Shown here: one piece after another, positions 59,487 through 64,000 of the stretch
How the letters are laid out: each line of letters begins with the position of its first letter
How positions within the stretch are numbered: the first letter of the stretch is position 1
Virus record (IMG/VR): IMGVR_UViG_3300046535_002009
Location: 32,001 to 96,000 of that record
Length of the DNA: 64,000 nt
Reading direction: 5' to 3' (one strand)
DNA from: a virus
Translations under genes and position numbers: made by a program
Notes under the pieces: model-generated
Seen by the model: the letters and a program-made list of their open reading frames with translations, nothing else
Database searches by the model: none
What the model was told of the DNA's origin: nothing

Positions 59487-59836
59487 GAGGCGGTCACCGC
59501 CCAGATCGCGACGGCTGCGGAGAGCAGCGCCAGGAGGACGGGGACGACCATCTGGTAGAGGCGGGCCTGGCGTTCGCGTTCGCGGCGTGCTGCCTCGGCG
59601 AGCTTGTACGCCTCGAAGGCGTCCTCCAGGACCTTGATGTCGGAGCGGGCGGCCTGGAGGTCGCGGGTCAGGTCGGTGATCCGCTGGTCGGTGTGGGCGG
59701 ACTGGAGGGTGTAGACGTCGGTGGACACGACGCGGTCGAGGCGGGCGTTGATCCCCTGGATCATGCCCTGGAGGTCAGCGCGCAACGCCCCCACCATGCG
59801 TCCGAGCTCTCCCACCGTCAGGTCGTCGTCGGCCAC
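59483..59836 (-). CDS. Coiled-coil protein with C-terminal TM helix (lysis accessory)
   Basis: TVGELGR; C-terminal [18 protein letters not shown]. Confidence 0.7.
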   Translation of the reverse strand: MADDDLTVGELGRMVGALRADLQGMIQGINARLDRVVSTDVYTLQSAHTDQRITDLTRDLQAARSDIKVLEDAFEAYKLAEAARRERERQARLYQMVVPVLLALLSAAVAIWAVTAS

Positions 59837-59931
59837 TTCTCTCCACCTCCGTCCGTGGTCGCTGTTCCGGGTCTCGACATGGAGCCGCGCCGGCCGGGCC
59901 GGTGCTCGGCGCCGGTCGGCGCGGCAGTCAT

Positions 59932-60330
59932 TCACTCGCTCCGGGTGTAGGTGACGGCGGCCGGTGCGGGCGGTGCGACCGGGGCGGTGATCTGGGTGCG
60001 GGTGTACAGGGCTGCGGCGATGGCCACGGCGGACATGACGAGGGCCTGCAGGTCGGCGCTCCAGTGGAGGCCGTATCCGACGGCCAGGGCGATGGCTGCC
60101 TGGAAGAGGCCGAGGACGGCGGCGATGCCACCGTCGTGGGCGATGCGGGCGATGATGACGCCGATGATCGCCGCGGCGAAGGCGTTGATCGCGGACTGCT
60201 GGTCGACGGTGACGTGTGCGCCGAACGCGACGGCGAGCTTGACGATGACGGCGACGAGGGCGAGGTAGGCGGCGGGTTCGCGGCCGAGGATGGTGGTGAC
60301 GGGGTTGCGGTCGGGGGTGGTGGTGCCCAT
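59932..60330 (-). CDS. Holin
   Basis: ILGREPA start, four TM segments, TRTQITAP end; follows the endolysin. Confidence 0.82.
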   Translation of the reverse strand: MGTTTPDRNPVTTILGREPAAYLALVAVIVKLAVAFGAHVTVDQQSAINAFAAAIIGVIIARIAHDGGIAAVLGLFQAAIALAVGYGLHWSADLQALVMSAVAIAAALYTRTQITAPVAPPAPAAVTYTRSE

Positions 60331-60344
60331 GGCGGGGGTGCTCC

Positions 60345-61232
60345 TCAGCGGGTGCGGGGCTTGGTCTTGGTCATGGCCCAGGTGCGGGCGCCGAGCTTGC
60401 CGTCGACATCGCCGACGCTGTAGCCCTGCGCGTTGCACTCGGTCTGGAATGCGCGGCAGACGGCCTCGGACTTGGGGCCGTAGTCGCCGTCGACGGTGAT
60501 GGTCCAGCCGCGCCAGGCCATGTAGGCCTGCCACATGCGGACGCGGTCGCTCGCGGTGAAGTTGACGATGAGGTGGCCGTCGTAGGTGGCGTAGGCCGGC
60601 GCCGGTGTGCTCGGCGGCGGGGCGGGTGTCGGCGGTGCCGGGGTGGGCGCGGCGGCGAACAGGGGCGGCATGGGGCCGGGGTCGGTGTGGTCGTTCTCGG
60701 GCACCTGCGAGTGGCCGTAGTGGCCGCTGCGGGTGGACCAGACCGTGGCGTCGCGGTGCGCGGTCCAGGTGGGCTCGCCCATGGGCCAGACGTCCGGGAC
60801 GCCCCAGGACCGGAGCCAGGCCATGATCTTGTCGAGGCCGGCGCTGGGGGTGTCGCGGAGGGTGGGGTAGACCCGGCCGTCGACCCGGCAGTACGGGAAG
60901 AACAGGCTCTCGATCTGGATGCAGACGTTGCCCTTGCGGTTGGTCTCCACCCCGCCGGGGGCGTTGACCACGGACTTGCTGCGGGAGGTCGCGGCGAAGT
61001 ACTGCACGGTGCGGCCGGTGAACGGGTCCCACAGCAGGTGGGGAGCGGCGCCGGCGCCGTCGCTGGCGAAGTAGCGGGCGAGGGTGTCGAAGGGCAGCAG
61101 GTCGGCCGGTGCGGCCGCGGTGGCGTTGCGGTCCCAGGTGATGTGCCAGATCGTGCGGGAGCCGCCGTCTCCGGCCATGGGGGCGTCGTCGAGTTGGCGG
61201 CGCTCGGCGCCGGGCAGGTAGAGGTCGGCCAT
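60345..61232 (-). CDS. Endolysin (amidase-like plus peptidoglycan-binding domain)
   Basis: WHIT, PHLLWDP, IQIE, GHYGHSQVPENDHTDPG; VDGDYGP and VDGKLG..TW repeats. Confidence 0.87.
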   Translation of the reverse strand: MADLYLPGAERRQLDDAPMAGDGGSRTIWHITWDRNATAAAPADLLPFDTLARYFASDGAGAAPHLLWDPFTGRTVQYFAATSRSKSVVNAPGGVETNRKGNVCIQIESLFFPYCRVDGRVYPTLRDTPSAGLDKIMAWLRSWGVPDVWPMGEPTWTAHRDATVWSTRSGHYGHSQVPENDHTDPGPMPPLFAAAPTPAPPTPAPPPSTPAPAYATYDGHLIVNFTASDRVRMWQAYMAWRGWTITVDGDYGPKSEAVCRAFQTECNAQGYSVGDVDGKLGARTWAMTKTKPRTR

Positions 61233-62128
61233 CAGATGCCCTTCCGGGTGCGCCAGGTGTCCATGGCGGCGAGGAGGTCGTGGTCGGCGTCCTGCGGGGC
61301 AGGGACGGGGACCGGGGTGGGCGGCGCCGGCGCGGCCCAGGTGAAGGCGGTGACGTCGCCCTCCTCGGAGAGGAGCGTCTGCAGGTCGGTGCCTGTCAGG
61401 TAGCCGCGGCCCTCAAGCCCCCAGCCGGTGCCCCAGGAGTTGGTGATCCAGAAGCCGTCGGTGGTGGCGTCCCAGCGGGGGATCTCGACCTCGTGTCCGC
61501 CGGCCAGGCCGGACGACTTCACGATGGGGATCCGGCCGTCGGCGTCGGTCGACTCCATGGAGGTGTACCAGTGGACGCCGATGATGATCGGGCCGGCCTG
61601 CAGGGCGGAGCGGGCGGCGGCCAGGCTGAACGCATGGCTGTACTTGGTGATCAGGCCGAGGGCCTGGAGGGCCTTGCCCGCGCCCACGCCGTTGGAGCCG
61701 GTGTCGGTCGGAGGGAAGGTGCCGGGGTAGCCGTCGAGGATCGTCTCCAGGCTGTACAGGCGCAGGGCGAAGGCCTCGTCGAGCTGGTAGGTCCCGGCGG
61801 TGAACAGGCCGTGAGAGTTGGCGGCCCCGGCCTCGGTGATGGTGACGGTGGTGGCGGCGGTGCGACCGGCGCTGTCGGTGCCCAGCGCGCCGACTGCCGC
61901 GTTCGCGGTGCAGCTGCCGACCTGGCCTTGGTCCAGCACGGGGATGCGTCGGGTCCAGTCCACGGACTGGAGCGCGGACTTGGGCAGGACGCCGACGGTG
62001 AACGCGAGGGAGCGGGGGTCGTGGCGGGCGTGCCGGCCGTAGGTGCGGATCGAACGGGGGCGTGCCGCCTCCACGCTCGTGTCGGCGGTTGTCCGCCCGG
62101 TGGCGGGATCGTGCTCGGGCTGGGCCAT
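61232..62128 (-). CDS. Papain-like (C1) cysteine peptidase
   Basis: VDW, VLDQGQVGSCTANA, GGHEV, NSWGTGWG..GRGY. Confidence 0.85.
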   Translation of the reverse strand: MAQPEHDPATGRTTADTSVEAARPRSIRTYGRHARHDPRSLAFTVGVLPKSALQSVDWTRRIPVLDQGQVGSCTANAAVGALGTDSAGRTAATTVTITEAGAANSHGLFTAGTYQLDEAFALRLYSLETILDGYPGTFPPTDTGSNGVGAGKALQALGLITKYSHAFSLAAARSALQAGPIIIGVHWYTSMESTDADGRIPIVKSSGLAGGHEVEIPRWDATTDGFWITNSWGTGWGLEGRGYLTGTDLQTLLSEEGDVTAFTWAAPAPPTPVPVPAPQDADHDLLAAMDTWRTRKGI

Positions 62129-62438
62129 GTGGGCTCCTGTGGAGGGAGGTGGTCAGCGCGGGCCCGATGCAGGTCAGAGCGCCTTTCCGTGACCCTCCAT
62201 CCCGGACCGGCACTGCCTTCCCGCACCGGGCCCGCATCGCCACAGTCACCACCGGCCCCACTGACACCGCGACGCCCGCCACCGCCCTGACCTGCGTTTA
62301 CAGGACAAACCGGACCGGAACCTAGGGTCTGGCCCGCGACCGGGTACTCCGAGGGCCCGCCGCACGGTGGGGCCTCGCTTCGCAGGCGCGGGCCCCACCG
62401 CCGCCTGCGAACCGCCTGCGTGAACAGGAGTGCCGGGC

Positions 62439-63446
62439 ATGCCGCCCTTCGAGCCGCCCCTCCTTGACGCCTTCGGCATGAAGGCCGACTCCTCCGGCTG
62501 CGGCGTCATCCGCATCGAGCTGCCGATGGACGCCCTGAAGGGCGAGGGCTACGCGACCGCCTACGCCGAGGGCGCCCACAACAAGCTCCGCACCCGGGTC
62601 CTGATCGGCCAGCGGGTCTGCAACGACACCGCTTCGCCGGGCTGGCAGGACATGGCCCGGGCCGCGAACCGGCCCAAGCTCGTCTTCGAGCTCGATGACG
62701 ACCTGTGGAACATCGACAGCAGCAACGTGATCGCTCACCGCTACTTCGGCGACCCGGCCGTCCGCAGCCGCCTGGAGGCGAACATCCGGGTCGCGGACGA
62801 GGTGACCGTCACCATGGAGCCCCTGGCCGACCTGGTGCGTCCGCTCAACCCGAACGTCCGCGTCATCCCGAACTACCTGCCCTCGTGGCTTCTGGAGCAC
62901 GATCGGCCGCGGTCGGCGGAGGGCACGGTGACGGTCGGCTGGGCGGGCTCGACGACGCACCTGATGGACGTGCAGGAGCTCGGCGGCCACCTGCGGCAGG
63001 TCATGGCCCGCAACCGTCACGTCGAGCTGCACCTGATCGGCTCGGACTACCGCAAGGCGATGGGTGCCGGCACGCAGGACCGGGTCCGGTTCAGCGGCTG
63101 GTCCGCGTCACCCGCGGACTACTGGCGGGCCGTCGACTTCGACGTCATGCTCGCGCCACTGCGCGCCCACCAGTTCAACGCCAGCAAGAGCCCGCTGCGC
63201 CCGCTGGAGGCGGCGTTCCTCGGCATCCCCGTGATCGCCTCCGACTACGGCCCCTACGGCGCGTTCGTCCGCCACGGGCAGACCGGCTTCCTTGTGCGTC
63301 GCGACCACGAGTGGGGCCGGTACCTGCGCGACCTCGTCAACGACCCGGCGATGCGGGCCGAGATGGGCGCCGCAGCCCGCCGCCAGGCCGCGGACTGGAC
63401 GATCGAGGGCAACCTCGACGCGTGGCGGAAGGTGCTCGCGCCGTGA
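62439..63446 (+). CDS. GT-B (family 4-like) glycosyltransferase
   Basis: ELDDDLW, VIPNYL, VGWAGS..H..D, LAPL...FN.SKS.LR.LE...LGIPVIAS. Confidence 0.87.
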   Translation: MPPFEPPLLDAFGMKADSSGCGVIRIELPMDALKGEGYATAYAEGAHNKLRTRVLIGQRVCNDTASPGWQDMARAANRPKLVFELDDDLWNIDSSNVIAHRYFGDPAVRSRLEANIRVADEVTVTMEPLADLVRPLNPNVRVIPNYLPSWLLEHDRPRSAEGTVTVGWAGSTTHLMDVQELGGHLRQVMARNRHVELHLIGSDYRKAMGAGTQDRVRFSGWSASPADYWRAVDFDVMLAPLRAHQFNASKSPLRPLEAAFLGIPVIASDYGPYGAFVRHGQTGFLVRRDHEWGRYLRDLVNDPAMRAEMGAAARRQAADWTIEGNLDAWRKVLAP

Positions 63447-63841
63447 CCGCGGGGACAGCCATCGGCATCCTTCTCGCCCACCTGGCCGGCGACTACCTCC
63501 TGCAGTCGCACTGGATGGCGACGGAGAAGACCAGCCGCTGGTGGCCGGCCGCGGCACATGCCGCCACGTACGGCCTTCCGTACCTGGCGGTCACCCGCTC
63601 GCCCGCGGCTCTTGCGGTCATCGTCATCACCCACGCCGTGATCGACCGGTACCGCCTGGCCCGGCACGTGTGCTGGGCAAAGAACCTCGTCGGGCCGGCG
63701 CGGCACCGGCGGCCGTGGGCCGACTGCTCGGCCACCGGCTACCCGCCCGAGGCTCCGGCCTGGCTCGCCGTCTGGCTGCTCATCGTCGCGGACAACTCCA
63801 TCCACCTGCTCATCAACACGGCCGCCGTGGCCTGGCTGTGA
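63443..63841 (+). CDS. DUF3307-like membrane protein
   Basis: LLAHLAGDYLLQS.WMA..K, HA..Y, THAVID, DN..H. Confidence 0.8.
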   Translation: MTAGTAIGILLAHLAGDYLLQSHWMATEKTSRWWPAAAHAATYGLPYLAVTRSPAALAVIVITHAVIDRYRLARHVCWAKNLVGPARHRRPWADCSATGYPPEAPAWLAVWLLIVADNSIHLLINTAAVAWL

Positions 63842-63847
63842 GGACCC

Positions 63848-64000
63848 ATGTCTGACCTCTGCATCGTCGTTCCGACCCGCGGCCGCCCGGGCAACCTTCG
63901 CGAGCTCTGGGCGGCATTCCGCGAGACCTGCACCAGCCGTACCATGCTGCTGGCCTACGCCGACGAGGACGACCCGGAGCTGCCCGGCTACCGCGCCCTG
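63848..64000 (+). CDS. GT-A (family 2-like) glycosyltransferase; partial
   Basis: MSDLCIVVPTRGRP...DEDDP. Confidence 0.65.
   Translation, partial: MSDLCIVVPTRGRPGNLRELWAAFRETCTSRTMLLAYADEDDPELPGYRAL

Larger units (their letters stand above)
1..64000. mobile_element. Temperate actinophage (or phage-like element) sequence; both ends lie outside the window
   Basis: Dense short overlapping ORFs, cro/repressor pair, serine integrase, replication initiator, RuvC, exonucleases, holin and endolysin; no host housekeeping genes recognised. Confidence 0.92.

Noticed and set aside
1-64000. tRNA, rRNA or IS elements
   Set aside because: None recognised by eye; tRNAscan-SE, Infernal and ISfinder would be needed to exclude them

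Overview
High-GC actinobacterial (Streptomyces/Kitasatospora-like) temperate phage DNA across the whole window; I recognise no host housekeeping genes. Layout: (1) 1-17.3 kb, rightward early genes including RNA-repair functions (nucleotidyltransferase end, polynucleotide kinase/phosphatase, Thg1-like) and an inserted RiPP-like cassette (XRE regulator, unannotated 52-aa peptide, asparagine-synthetase/lasso-cyclase-like enzyme, GNAT). (2) 17.3-25.5 kb, an accessory island where the two early arms converge (HNH-helicase three-gene operon, lipoprotein, orphan ImuA'-like gene, DUF2079 membrane protein, Schlafen/AlbA_2 protein). (3) 25.5-50.5 kb, a long leftward early/replication operon (PP2C, SLOG, replication initiator, vWA, four paralogous DNA-binding proteins, RuvC, DnaQ-like and PD-(D/E)XK exonucleases). 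(4) 50.3-53.4 kb, a cro/repressor switch, a large serine integrase and an apparently intact attP-like inverted repeat. (5) 53.5-58.9 kb, a regulatory block with an unannotated secreted 59-aa peptide divergent from a LuxR-type regulator. (6) 58.9-64 kb, a lysis cassette with a papain-like peptidase, then glycosyltransferases. An 18-bp operator (TGCTGTCAG-N4-CAGCA) recurs at the switch and at two early promoters about 40 kb away. Best candidates for undescribed systems: the secreted peptide/LuxR pair beside attP (possible phage peptide signalling), the precursor + cyclase cassette lacking lasso B proteins, and the HNH-helicase operon. All family calls come from motif recognition by eye, not database searches.
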